Shown here one piece after another: positions 38,688 to 50,932 of a stretch of DNA of 64,000 bases. Below the pieces are notes generated by a model. That model saw nothing but the letters and a program-made list of their open reading frames with translations. It had not been told where the DNA came from and did not search any database. Each line of letters starts with the position of its first letter. Positions within the stretch are counted from its first letter, which is position 1. Origin of the DNA: Paramecium tetraurelia (taxonomy: Eukaryota); assembly GCA_000165425.1 (NCBI GenBank), contig CT868678.1, positions 1 to 64,000 on the forward strand, written 5' to 3'. A program made the translations under genes and the position numbers.

Positions 38688-41600
38688 TCATTTAAGCTTG
38701 TGTCGTTTTGTAAACTCATCGATTTGTTCTTCAAATGTAATATCTGATTTAGAGATATCCTTCAAGATAGGTTCATTGATTTAAGCATTTTTGCTAAGTC
38801 TGAGTTTTTAATTTAAGTTATGTAGCACTGTAGATAAATCTTTTTGCTGTTATCGATGTTATCCGTGCCAAGTCAAATCACTCGATATCAATGATGACCC
38901 AATAGACTTAATTTATCTATTGGTGCTGATTTGAATGGGTCTCAAACTACTCTATGATGCAAAAGTATCAATAGTATTTTGATCGTTATTAAATAAGTTC
39001 TTTTCAACAGCATATTGGTAAAAGTCAGATACAGATTTCTTTTTAGTGATAGATTTATGATGTCGATTGGTTATTGGAAGAGATAAGTTTTACTTATTAT
39101 TGTTGACTTCCTTGTTTGTGTGTTAGGAATAATCCTATCTTTCTGTATTTTCTAGTCTTTAATTTAGATTAGTAAGATATTAATTATTTTAAAAGAATTT
39201 AGTATTTAATAAAGATTTGTCTCTAAATTCAGGATCTAAAAAGTTTAAATTGCTAGCCCTATCAATAGCTTTTTATCTTTCCCTCTCTTTCTATTTGAGC
39301 ATAAAGTCTAATTTTGGATCTTTTGAATCCTCTCTAAACATATTCTAAACTTCCAATAATCTTCTTTGAGCCTCAAGTTATTTAAGAGTGGGACCTTGTA
39401 TTTCAGCTTAGTAGAGATGTCTAATTTTAGTAAACTTGAGATCTCTAGGACTGAATTCGTCTCTCATGACAGTAGCCTTATATTACTTTGGCGATTTTAA
39501 TTGAATTTTGCCAGTGACTGCCAGAGATTCAACTAGACTGTATTATTCAGCTTCCTTCTCTGATTTGGATTACTTTCTCAAAATATCAATGACTTTGAAA
39601 CCATATATGATTCTTTTCCTCAATTCTCCTTGTTTTGAATATTATATGTTCCATTTGATTGGCAAAGGATGATTAATATTATACAAAGCAATGAGACTTC
39701 CAATTAGATCGAAGATTGATATTTATCCATCACTAGTAGAAATCAGAATGTATCTATTATCTAATTCTAAGAAACTAATAGAAATGATCTGTTTTTTGGA
39801 AACCTTAAACATGTGTAAGTTTTTGATGCTTGTAAAATTTTGAGGTATGACGATCTTTTAGGTTTCGCCTAAAGATAGTTATTCTCTGGCCTTCCTGAGA
39901 GGATTGTAATTGATTCTCTCATGGATTGGTTCTGTTGTTTCTAGGTTATCCAAATTCAAAGAAATTCTAATAACATTGCTTTCTGAAGTTGCAAGTAATA
40001 ACTCCAGTTCTTTTAAATTAAATAGCATCTTGGTAACAAATTCTTATTCAGTCTCTTCAGTGATATAATTGTTTGACCCAACATCGTAGAGATCAAATAT
40101 TTCTGATTCAACTTAAATGTGCTCTTTGATGTTGAACTTAACAAATATTACTTTCCCTTATATTGTGGAGACTGCTAATAATGGATAATTAGCTATGATA
40201 ATTATGTTAGTGATTTCAGCATCAAATTCAAGGACTCCCAGACATTTGACAAATTCATAATCGATATAAAATAGTTTAGAGCCCTATGATAATAAAATGA
40301 GAGAATGATGAACTGATAATTCTAATTGGGAAGCTTCGAAGTGAGTAATTTCTCTAAGGATTTCCCCAGTCATTTTTTGAATTAAAATACTATCTTAACA
40401 AGCTGTAATAACTAATTTATTTAAAATATCTAACTTTAGGACATTAATATCTGAATGTCCTTTTAATGAAGAGATGTACTCACCATTATGATGGTAGATT
40501 TTAGCATTACCTTTTGAATCAGCCAATATGAATTTATTAAAATAATTAAGAGGCCTAAATTAAGTAATATCATCCTCAGATTCTGACAATAATCCATTTA
40601 AAATTGTTTTAATTTTTCCAGTATAAATATCAAGGAATATAATTTATTTTTTGGTGGCAACAATTAACTCATCTCTTTATTGATCAAATTCCACTTTAAC
40701 AGCATAATTTTCAATTTCCTCATTATGTCTGATATCCAATTTAAGAATATTAACCCTTGACCCAAGAAAACATAACATATTAATATCTGACATATCCAAA
40801 ATTTTAGTAATTTGAGTTTTCTTTCCAAAATTAAGAGATTATAGACATGAAAAAGTTCTAATATCCCACAGCCTTAAGGATCCGCTGTCATCACCTGAAA
40901 CCAATACAGGTAACTTACCAACCATGAGAATAGATGTTAACATAGAAGTGTGTCCTGTCATTTTACCAATCTGAGTTACATCGTGATATTTAGGATTGAT
41001 GTCATAAACATTTATGTATGTTGAATATCCACATGTAATGAATACTTAATAGTAGTAAGAATAGACTAAACTATGAATACCCCCATTGTCCTTGAGTGAT
41101 AATGTGATTTTGATTTCTCCATTCTGGATATCCCATAAGGCCACTTATTTATCTAAGGAGGCAGTTGCAATCATTTTCATATGGACAACTTCAACACATT
41201 CAATAATATTTCCTTAGATGCATTTATTCTAAAAGATTAGACTAGCCGACTCATTTAATAGATCCCAAAAGTATAATCTAAAAGTGCTATCTGTGGTAAT
41301 CCATTGATTCTGGTTCTCTAAAAACCAAATATTTGTTTGATATTCTTATGAGGCCAAAACAGTAGAGAATATTCTATATTTTTTGAAGTCACCCTCATAC
41401 ATACAGATGGAATGTGATTTTAGAGTCAAACCAATCTAATTATATAATATTTAAGAATACTCTCTGTTATCTATCAGACCAAGCAAAACTCAAAATGATG
41501 GTTTCTTTGTCTTCATGTTATGATATCTTAACCATTTGTTTCAATGAACCATCCACATGATAGATATTAATCTTTGAATCCAAACTATCAAGTGTTATAA

Positions 41601-42164
41601 TTTGTTTGTTGCAATATACTCCTGTATGAACAATACCATTATGATGTCTGATTGAGTCATTTTACAATGAATTTGGAACTATATGAAATATCTCATTATC
41701 ATTGCTACCGATAATTTTGGCTGATTCCTAGAATTGTCAAATTTATAACTTACCACATCTATTTCTCTGATCCTTGTTTTGTTCAAGTTGAATTTCTTCG
41801 GATCCGATATCAAACGTTATGGCACCATAGTATTTTCACTTGTATCTACTTAACAGACGTAACTTGTAACATCTTACAAGCTGAGTTCATTCTATTAACT
41901 TATTGCTACAACGTCTTTATATAATTCAATCAATCCCATCACTAAATATAGAAGTTCACTCTATTTATGATGCACTATCGGAATCATCAATTTTATGAAC
42001 TCCACCATATTTAATCGTTTTGCAGGCCATTGTCTTTCCATCACCAATAATTCATCTCTCTCAATCAATTCCAGTATCTGAGACTTCTTCGATAACTTGA
42101 AGTCTGTGTTCTCAAAATCCAACATACTTACAAGTACTTATTCGATTATCTAGTTTACAGACAT
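38688..42164 (-). CDS. WD40-repeat protein with N-terminal EF-hand-like region (WDR49/WDR64-like layout)
   Basis: IATASLDKQVALWD, GHTSMLTSI..LVSGDDSGSLRLWDIR, GHSDINVL. About 1150 aa. Confidence 0.8.
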
Positions 42165-42226
42165 TCAATCAAATATTTATATATATATATAATAATATAT
42201 CAACATAATATAATATCTATAATATC

Positions 42227-43222
42227 TCAGAACTATATTTAACCATTGCTAGGATTTAATTTACTCGGATCAAAAGGATAACCCTTGAATGGACTACCCT
42301 CAGCATCCCAAGCTTCCTTTAAAACTGCTAATTGTCACTTCTCCTCTGTCGTTGGCTATCCTTACTATTTCCTTTGTTGATCATACATATTTCTAATTGC
42401 TCTTTGAGTCTCAGGACTAAAAACTTCCAATGGTTTTGTGTTCTCAATTTTCGTTGCATCAATTTCTTAATCTCCTTGAATAACAGTCTTCCAAATATTC
42501 TAAGGTAATCGTCAATAGATTTTCCTCTATCGACAATACAGACTCGTCACTTTTTACTTTATCATACAAATTTCCATCAATACCTACTTTATCATTAACT
42601 TTCACTGATAATGTGTTCGTTGTAATAAGCACCTTGACCTAATAAATACTCTTAACTATATAATACATTCTTCTTGTTCGATCCTTCTGGAACTTTCATT
42701 GTCACCACAACATCATTTCCAAATTAGTTTCAACAATATTTTTCTGTTTCTCCTCCATTAACAGTATTGATGTATGGATCTATTTTTTGCTTGTGAGAAA
42801 GACTTTCGTACTTTTATGGATTCTTCTTTTATTTTATCTTCACATCCTATTAAACCTAACCCTCGTTCCATTAAACATATATCATTTACTATTGTTAACT
42901 CTAAGCTTCTTTTTGTTATACTTCTTATTCCTTTTGTTTCTCTTATAATTCCTTCTACTTTTTTAGTATAAACTAGTTTCTCTTTATATTCTTAAGCAGA
43001 CTTCTTTTTATGCACTTTATAATTTTCATCCTAATATTTTTTAAATTTATTAGCCATTTTTAAGGCAACTCCGAGGTAAATCCCATTATATCTCCAGGAT
43101 CACCTTAAAATGATAATCATAATAGTAATCGGTTCAAAACTGAATAATGAAATTAGCAGTCCTTCAATTCCTCATGTTTCTTTTGCTATTAAAGAGAAAT
43201 GTTCATTAAATCTATCAAACAT
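42227..43222 (-). pseudogene. NudC-family (NudCD3/NudCL-like) pseudogene
   Basis: FSLIAKET*GIEGLL, NGGETEKYC*NQ, MYDQQRKQQGQPTTEEK*..AWDAEGSPFKG.PFDP. TGAs at 43172-43174, 42730-42732 and 42335-42337, plus frameshifts near 43135 and 43075. Confidence 0.88.
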
Positions 43223-43675
43223 TGCAAATCAGAATTTATTTATTATTCAAATTTTCTCATAATATTTTATATATATTATGTGATTGAGTTCTGAAGATTT
43301 GTCAAACATCATAATTGTCATATTCACCAACACACCAACACTATAGAATAATCAAGATTTCTTTTGATTTCAATTGAAATACCTAAAATAATTTCATATT
43401 TTGTTTCTTAGTTTTCATTTATTTTTCTATTTTTTTAATAAAGTACTGTGTTTCATCCTAATCAAAATAAAATTTAAATAATTGAAATGATCATTCATTT
43501 GTTCAATCCAATGGATTTAGTTGTATTCCAGATGCACGGGTTACTGTTTATGAGATTCTTTCGAAATATCGAACTATGAAGCCATAAGCTATAATCAAGG
43601 GTATTTAAGAATTATACTAATCATAATTGTGTTTGGAAGAATAAAAAATAAATTATAAAAATATTTAATTAGATA

Positions 43676-45338
43676 ATGTTTTACATATTCTATATGATGA
43701 TATAATAGATGGCTGCTATGGACTATAACATCTCTAAAATTACTCCGTTATTGTTGATATATAGATATCATGGGGAGTGGGAATCATTAACAAATAATGT
43801 TTAAAATTACCTTTCTATAATAGCCATTTAATATTTAGAATAGACAAAAGGGGAAACATTTATATAATTTAATCCTCAACAAGATTTGACACAGAACGAG
43901 CTGTCCCTTGCTAAAATAGGTTCCTTTAATATCATTTTTCTTGATCCTATTTACTTTGATGAAAAATTAGTTGTAGGCTTATCCAATATCACTGATATGA
44001 ATGAGACGACCTTGTAATGACTTATAATAATATTTAGGTCGTGGCATGGGAAAACAGATTTTGTATACTATAAATATTATAAAGAAAAAGGAGGATACCC
44101 CAATGTCTCATGCGAAATCGAATACGACATATAATTAAACTATAACGAAGGTATGATAGCGTTTAAATTTAACACTAGACGAAGTAGATTCCAAGAAAAT
44201 CGATATTACCATCTAATTAAGAAATGAAGTCAGCGATAATAAAGAATGCAACATCCAATTGATTTCTCAATACCAGCTTTACTAATCAAACCACTATAAA
44301 TAAATATTGTTTTACAGTGTGATGCTAAATATACTATGTGCAATACAATACTTTTGCGTAACTAAAATAATAGATAGTGTTGTAAGGGATGACGAGAATT
44401 CAATAGTCTAAAGAGTAACCATAATTATATTATTAAGATCTCTATTTTCTGCGTGGGCTTCGTGACGATTTATGATACATTCCTAGCAATTAAAAACTTG
44501 AGCTTTGCTTTTGGGGAAGCTGTAAAATTATCCACATATCACAATAGTATTTCCCATACTTCATTTTTCCTTCCTTTTTCTTCTTTATGCTTACTATGAA
44601 TTGTGATCTCAAGCTATTATGGATCATTTGCAGAATACGATTCTAAGATTAATTCTTGGATTAGTAAAGTTAAAGACAATTTCTAACGAAATTCTTCATT
44701 ATTTATTGTATGAAATTGATTTATTAATTTTAATTAGATGTTTCAGTCCTAACATTGTTTTTGTTGTTGCAAGAATATGAATTGTATAACTCATTCTTAC
44801 TGGTAATTGGATTCTTCATGACTCCTCAAATAATCCATAACATTAGATAAGGAATTAATCCAAAATTCATACCAGAGTATATTTTTGGATTTTTATCTAT
44901 AAATATTGCTGTTCCTGTATATTAATTTAATAATTTAAGTTATACTTCAGAGGATATCCCAATAACTTTAGAAGATTAAAGCCATCACCTGAATTTTGTG
45001 TTTGCTTGGTTTTGATTTATTTGATCTAAATTTTGATCCTATATTTGCAATACAAAAAGGGTCCTCGCAAGATTATACCAAAGTGTTTATTACCAAAATA
45101 ATACAACTACTATTAGGATTATAAAACCTAGGAACTTGAGGATTGTGCAATATGTTTGTTACATCTAATGATTGAGCCTGATTAATAAGAATAAGATTTA
45201 GACAGAATGTTGGTTAGTAAATTGTTGATGATTACACCCTGTGGACATAAATTCCATCCTTCATGCCTAAAAAGTTGGATGGAAGTAAAATTATCTTGTC
45301 CTACTTGCAGAAATACTATTCCTCCAATGTGTGAATGA
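43676..45338 (+). CDS. TUL1/Dsc1/FLY1-like transmembrane RING-H2 E3 ligase
   Basis: Hydrophobic N-terminus, YHGEW, PQIIHNIRQG, LYFRGYPNNF, GPRKIIPKCLLPKQYNY, CAICL..MITPCGHKFHPSCLKSWMEVKLSCPTCRNTIPP. Six short introns. Confidence 0.82.
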
Positions 45339-46435
45339 ATTGATATACATTATTGTTTTTTCAATAATCTGAAACATTTTAAATGCCTTTTATTTATGAT
45401 TCATACATTTCCTACACATTACTTAGATATCAACTCATAAGTATCTTTAAATTGAAAAATTATATTAATCTTTAATAATCTCTGCAATAATTTAATTCAC
45501 TCCATAACTGTATAACCCTTTAGCTATTAAACTGTTATAAATTATTAATATTTTTATATTTGCCTATTGAATTTGATGTTATAAATTTAGGATTAGTTGA
45601 TTCTTTTGATACTTTCTTTGCAATTATTATTAGAATGTATGGATTTCTTATAATTTTATTAACTACTAGCATCAATTTCTGGGTTCGTTTGTTCCTTTTA
45701 TTAAATTTTTTATTAACCTTTTTAAGTTTTCAAATATAAAACTCTTCTTATTAAGGCAATTAAGGAGGATTATAAAAAAGTTAAATTAATTAACTTCAAA
45801 ACTCTGATTCCTATTACCATTAAGGTAAGGATAATAATGGGGTCCAAAGTTGCGAATATTTGGAATTAAATTAATTAGCTATTGGGCATTCACCTAGATG
45901 AACTTATGAAAATGTTGAAAAATGAAAAAAATTGTTTTCTATGATCAGGTGGAATCCAATATTTATGAGAAAATACATCGTATAGTTTTTTGAAGTCCTT
46001 TAGCTAGCTATGATTGATAAAAAAATTGAACAGAATATAAAGACAAAATAATATGTAGAGAAATCCTACTTAAGTTAAGTTTTTTTCAGAAAATAATAGA
46101 TTATTTTCTTAGTTTAGGAGCATTTGCAAAAATCATCTACTACAGTTTAAAATTCACAACAAGACAGAGATAAGATTCTTGTCTCAGAACGTAACAACAA
46201 AAATAGATCTAATAAAGGAAGTGACTAAAATATTAATAAGAAGTTAATATAGGGTTCTTCTTCAGGATCGTAAGATAGTGAAACAATAGATGAAATCTAT
46301 AGAATGATATTTTTCAGATTTATTTAGCCAAAAAACCTCTTATTAAAAATAATTTGGATTTTGATCACTAACCAAATGGCATTTTATATATATTTTGAAT
46401 GTATGTTTTTAATTGATCTTCATGTATATAATAGA

Positions 46436-48521
46436 TCATTATTCTACTTCAATCCAGCCTCCTTCGATATGTCCACTCATTTGAATCAATGAAAACTAAT
46501 TTATTAATAAAATAATTACATCGAAGTTTTGGATACAGGTTTGATCTGTTGTATAAGTGACCTTCTTTCCATTGTAATCGGTATTCTCATATAAAGTGAC
46601 TCTTCCTTATGGTGGAATCTTGATGGATCTAATTTGTGGAGGAATGTTGTCTGACTAGAAGTTTGGTGATTTTGAACAAAATTCAAATGAAGCTCCCTTA
46701 AAATCACATTCACTGTAGAAGATTGCACAGGCCTCCTTTGGTTCATACCATAATTTGAAGTCTCTGAAACCCCATGATTCTAATTTTGTTAATAATAGTA
46801 TTACCATCTATGGCATCTTGATCCAAAGTGGATGTATATATGATTTCAGCCTTTGGAGCTTGATGATTGAAGATTTCATCAATACTAGTGAAACCATCCC
46901 ACCAAACACCTTATCCACAGATGTTGGCACCTCCAGTTTAAAGATTCCAAGATGTCTTCCATACTTCAGTGCCATCGACCTTAACAATCATGAATTCTCC
47001 ATCCCAAGAGTCAATCTTATAGATTGTTGATTACAATCTAAGTCTCTTGTGTGGTGGAATATCAAATGTTTTGGTAGCCTTAGCACCAATACCCATAATA
47101 TCAAATCCTCCAACCATTGATTTACCATTGCATTCACTAACTGTTTTTCCTGCCTTGTTGCCTGTTAGAACCCAACCGTTGATTCCTGTGAATTTATCTT
47201 CCAAGAAAGATTGTTCCAAAAGAACAAAGTTTGGTAAGGCTTGACATTTGCCTCCAACCAAAGCCCAATTGTTGGCACATTCTATTTTGAATATATAATG
47301 ATATAATACTTTTGCAATCAGAATCCTTTGGTCCTGTACACTCAGCACAGTTATCAGCACAAGCAGCATAGAAGATGTACAAATCTCTCATACCAACAGA
47401 TTCATTTCCTACTTCATCAAGAGTTGAAGTGAATTCAAACTTAGCTTGTTCACCAGTATGATCAACATCAACTTCTGTTCTAGCGAACATTGTTTTCCAT
47501 TCAAATACTGGGCAACCACATATCTTACCAAAATAACCCTCAAACCATTAGAATCTTCTCTCCCATACTAACTTTCCATCAATTTTGATTTAAGCAGCCT
47601 CGTTGTCCCAAGAATCTAACTTAGCCCAAAGAACCTTGATCTTGAGCTTGTAATGTGGCTTGAACTTTAGAAGTTTACTGACAACTGCTCCCCTCATCAT
47701 TTTCTCAAGACCTCCAAAAATGCCGACAGCTAAATTTATAATTTAAGAATAATTACGTCCACATTATGTAGAATGAGCCAATCCACCAGTTACTTCCCAG
47801 CCATCAGCTCCTAATTTATTAGAATCTAATTCTGTCCAACTGGAAGCGAAAGATTACCAGAAATTACAGTTCTCTGACTTATCATCAACCCTAGCAAGCA
47901 GCACATCCATTTGGGCATTTTTCAACTGATAAAATAAAGTCTCTGATAGCCCATGATTCCTAAGTAAAATAATAATTGTATCTTACATTGTCGGCAGCCT
48001 CATTCAAGTTGGATGTGATGACAATGACGGCTGTTGGACCAGTGTGCTTAATGTTCAAGTTATGATTAACGACCATTTCCTTCCAGTCACCTCCTTGGCC
48101 ACACTTTTGTCCCTCCCCTTCGTTGTATTAGAACTTTCTTGACCATGCTAATTGGTCATCAACAAAGACATAAGCTTCTTTATGTCCCATGAATCAATCC
48201 TAAAATGATATAGTATGTATATCATACTTCCAAAATTAAAGTTTAATGTTTATATATGAATGAGGTGGAAGTTCAAAGGCTTTGCTTGCAACCGCCCTAG
48301 CACCGAATTTTCCAAAGCCTCCAAACATCTTAGTGCCACTGCACTCTGTTACATGAGCTGGGGCTCCAGCAACTGTCCAACCTATATTATTAATAAATTT
48401 TGTCACCATCTGCATCTGAAAAGTCATTAGCTGTGAACGATTAGGAAACTGCAACCGGTTCTCCAAACACTTAGACTGCAGTGAATGCCAATACTACTAA
48501 GACTAGAGTCTTGCAATTCAT
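46436..48521 (-). pseudogene. PCM/Igr1-like secreted protein (three GG..PPH..IDSWD.E repeats + C-terminal beta/gamma-crystallin domain), frameshifted
   Basis: Signal peptide MNCKTLVLVVLAFTAVQVFG, three repeats, and crystallin-like CAIFYSECDFKG..IRSIKIP..VTLYENTDYNG. One nt is missing near 48183 and there is an extra nt at 47889-47891. Confidence 0.75.
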
Positions 48522-49511
48522 AAAAATAATTATGCTGTTTTTTTTGTAGATTATTTGCTTAAAAACGATGATTATCCAGTTTATGTTTAAATTTAAATTA
48601 AATCATTAATTCTTAAAACATTATTATCGCAACCTACAATGTTTTCAACTAAATAAAGCTTTTTTTCTGCAACTATAAAATTGGGTACTTTTCCTAAAGT
48701 AATATCTTAGAAGATATTAAGTACAGAAAAATTCTTGAATAAAAATATTTTTCATTGAGCTAATTGGATGATGAAGATATTTAAATAAACCATCTGCCCT
48801 TCCTATAATCTATTAATTGGAGTATGTGTCTTTTAAATAGGATTGATAAAAAAGGGGGATATTTACATTTTTTTTTTAATTTATAACCTTTAGGAAGTTT
48901 TATTCATGAAGCAGAGGCAGATTGGTTTTGGACTATATAAATTAGAGTCAAATTGAAGAAATTCATAATTGGGCATGATGATTGATTCTATAAATAGATT
49001 TTATTTAATATTATTAATTATTATAATTTTATATATATATATATAGTTGTTACTCATACATATTTTATAATATATATATAAATTGCTAATAATAAGAAAC
49101 ACAGATAGTGAAACTTGGGAATAATTCAATCACGATCCAAATAGAAGGATTAATTCTTTAAATATCTTGAGAATAAAGATGCTCTCCGTATCATGTATTT
49201 GGACTCAGAAATTTTACTTTAGAACTTTGAGTAAATATTATCGAATTATCTGCACCATTGAAGTTGGATCCTTATAAATTCCATAGATATGCTGAGATCT
49301 CTGAATGAGTTTTACTTAAAAAGATTAATTGATTTATTCCCAGATTTGGGTTGGGTTGTTCATTTGGAAAGAAGCAATATTTAAATGAGAATAAACAAAA
49401 TTTATTTCAAATGAAAATGTGATCGTCTTTTAAAGTAAGTTCTGTTATTTTCTGGCCAGGCCAGCGCAGTTTCAATAAAATTTCTTCTATAAAATTAATT
49501 AGCAATTTTTT

Positions 49512-50261
49512 ATGAATCCCTAAGTCAGATATAGGCCTCCTCTTCCTAAATTCGACTAAAAATTAGTAGATATTAAAAATATCGAAGAAACTAAATAGAA
49601 GTCTGTGTTATAGAAGTCAGACAAGAGAAGGTTTAAATAAGTGAACCTTTTGATTGATGAGATGCTCAAAAAGCTCACACAAGTTAATTTTTAATTCCTG
49701 TAAAATTTAAACCAAGAAAACATCAAAGTTCAATGTCTAGAGATATTGGGGGATGAATTAATAGAAAAAGTAAAATCGAGAAAATATTCCTCGATAGCTT
49801 GTGCTTTGATTATCCACTCCCTAAGAATATTGCTTATCCCATTGAGAATCAAAGAAATTACTTAAATTATTGATGTGGACGAGAAGCAAGTTCGCAAGAT
49901 CTTAATTCAACTGAATTTAATTAAACCATTCAACGAAGACGCCTTTACAATAGCTTTCATGATTAGAATTTGTACTTGCATAGGATTTAATCAGAAATTT
50001 TAAACTTTATGCAAATTCTTCTATTCACATCTGAAGAATTTGCATCTCGTTTAAGGAGAACACGAGCATGTCATAGCTTCAGTCTTGGTTAAACTAACAG
50101 GAGATTTCATATTCAAAGAGAAGGGAGGAATCAATATACACACAGTATCTGAAATCGCTGGATGTTGTGAGATCTCCCTTAAAACTCTCTTATCAAAATT
50201 AACACCTTATAATTAAACTATGTATGAATCAGCTTTTGAATTTTATCAGAGAACTAAATGA
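49512..50261 (+). CDS. TFIIB-like protein, two cyclin-fold repeats only (249 aa)
   Basis: KSRKYSSIACALIIHSLRILLIPLRIKEITQIIDVDEKQV, FMIRICTCIGF, VQGEHEHVIASVLV, VSEIAGCCEISLK. Intronless, with no N-terminal CxxC Zn ribbon. Confidence 0.75.
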
Positions 50262-50318
50262 AAGAATGGGCTTCTATTTAAATTTTATAGTTAATAATTA
50301 TGATGGCAAATTAATAAT

Positions 50319-50932
50319 TCATTCATACAGAATTTCTTAATCCATGATGATGTCATCTGCCCTTATATTTTCACCCAATGGATCCTCATCCTAAACAATG
50401 AGAGTGTCTCCTACTCTAAGTTTTTTTCTATTCTCCTCATTTATGATGATACATCTCAATTAATAATTAATTATTACCCTGCAGAACATCCATCAACGGG
50501 AGGTACACTCCAATCACTTGGTGTGCAACAAGCGCATCCGTGAATCATAATTTCTGTTCTTCCACACATTCTATCTTAGTCGTTGCCGTCTATCCAAAAA
50601 GAACAAGGTCTATCCACTGGAGGATTATGCATAGTATTTTAGCATGTTTTTATTGTATATGTATTTGATGGGGCAGGTCCTTGATTTTTTATACATTAAG
50701 CTTTTGGGTCATTTCTATACTAATTATGAATTCATATAATAAATACCTTTCCGGCCCCAGAATACCCAAAAGTATTAATTTATGACTCTCCACTTCCTCC
50801 ATAGAATCTTCCAGTATTGGTAAAGTAATAGAATGTCATTGGAGCTCTTGTTTTTAAATCTTGGCAACATGTTTGACCACAATTTCCAGCCTATGCTATG
50901 GCAACAAATAATAGAGCAAGAATATATTTCAT
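50319..50932 (-). CDS. Secreted Tlde1/DUF2778-like L,D-transpeptidase-fold protein (187 aa)
   Basis: Signal peptide MKYILALLFVAIAQA, then GYSGAGKYRNDP..GPAPSNTYTI, CGRTEIMIHG and SAGCI. Introns 50720-50746 (27 nt) and 50455-50477 (23 nt) give 564 nt. Confidence 0.82.

Noticed and set aside
45635..46350. Possible kinase gene
   Set aside because: Multiple TGAs and no intact HRD/DFG/APE motifs, so too degraded to call.
49030..49080. (TA)n tracts (also 42177-42191) as retained IES or transposon ends
   Set aside because: Simple microsatellites in spacers. I saw no TA-bounded insert interrupting a gene and no terminal inverted repeats.
49345..49360. TTTGGGTTGGGTTG as an internal telomere remnant
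   Set aside because: Only about two imperfect units, which is expected by chance.
46436..50932. PCM-like and Tlde1-like genes as a secretory defence cluster
   Set aside because: They are separated by an unrelated TFIIB-like gene, and proximity alone is not evidence in a genome this compact.
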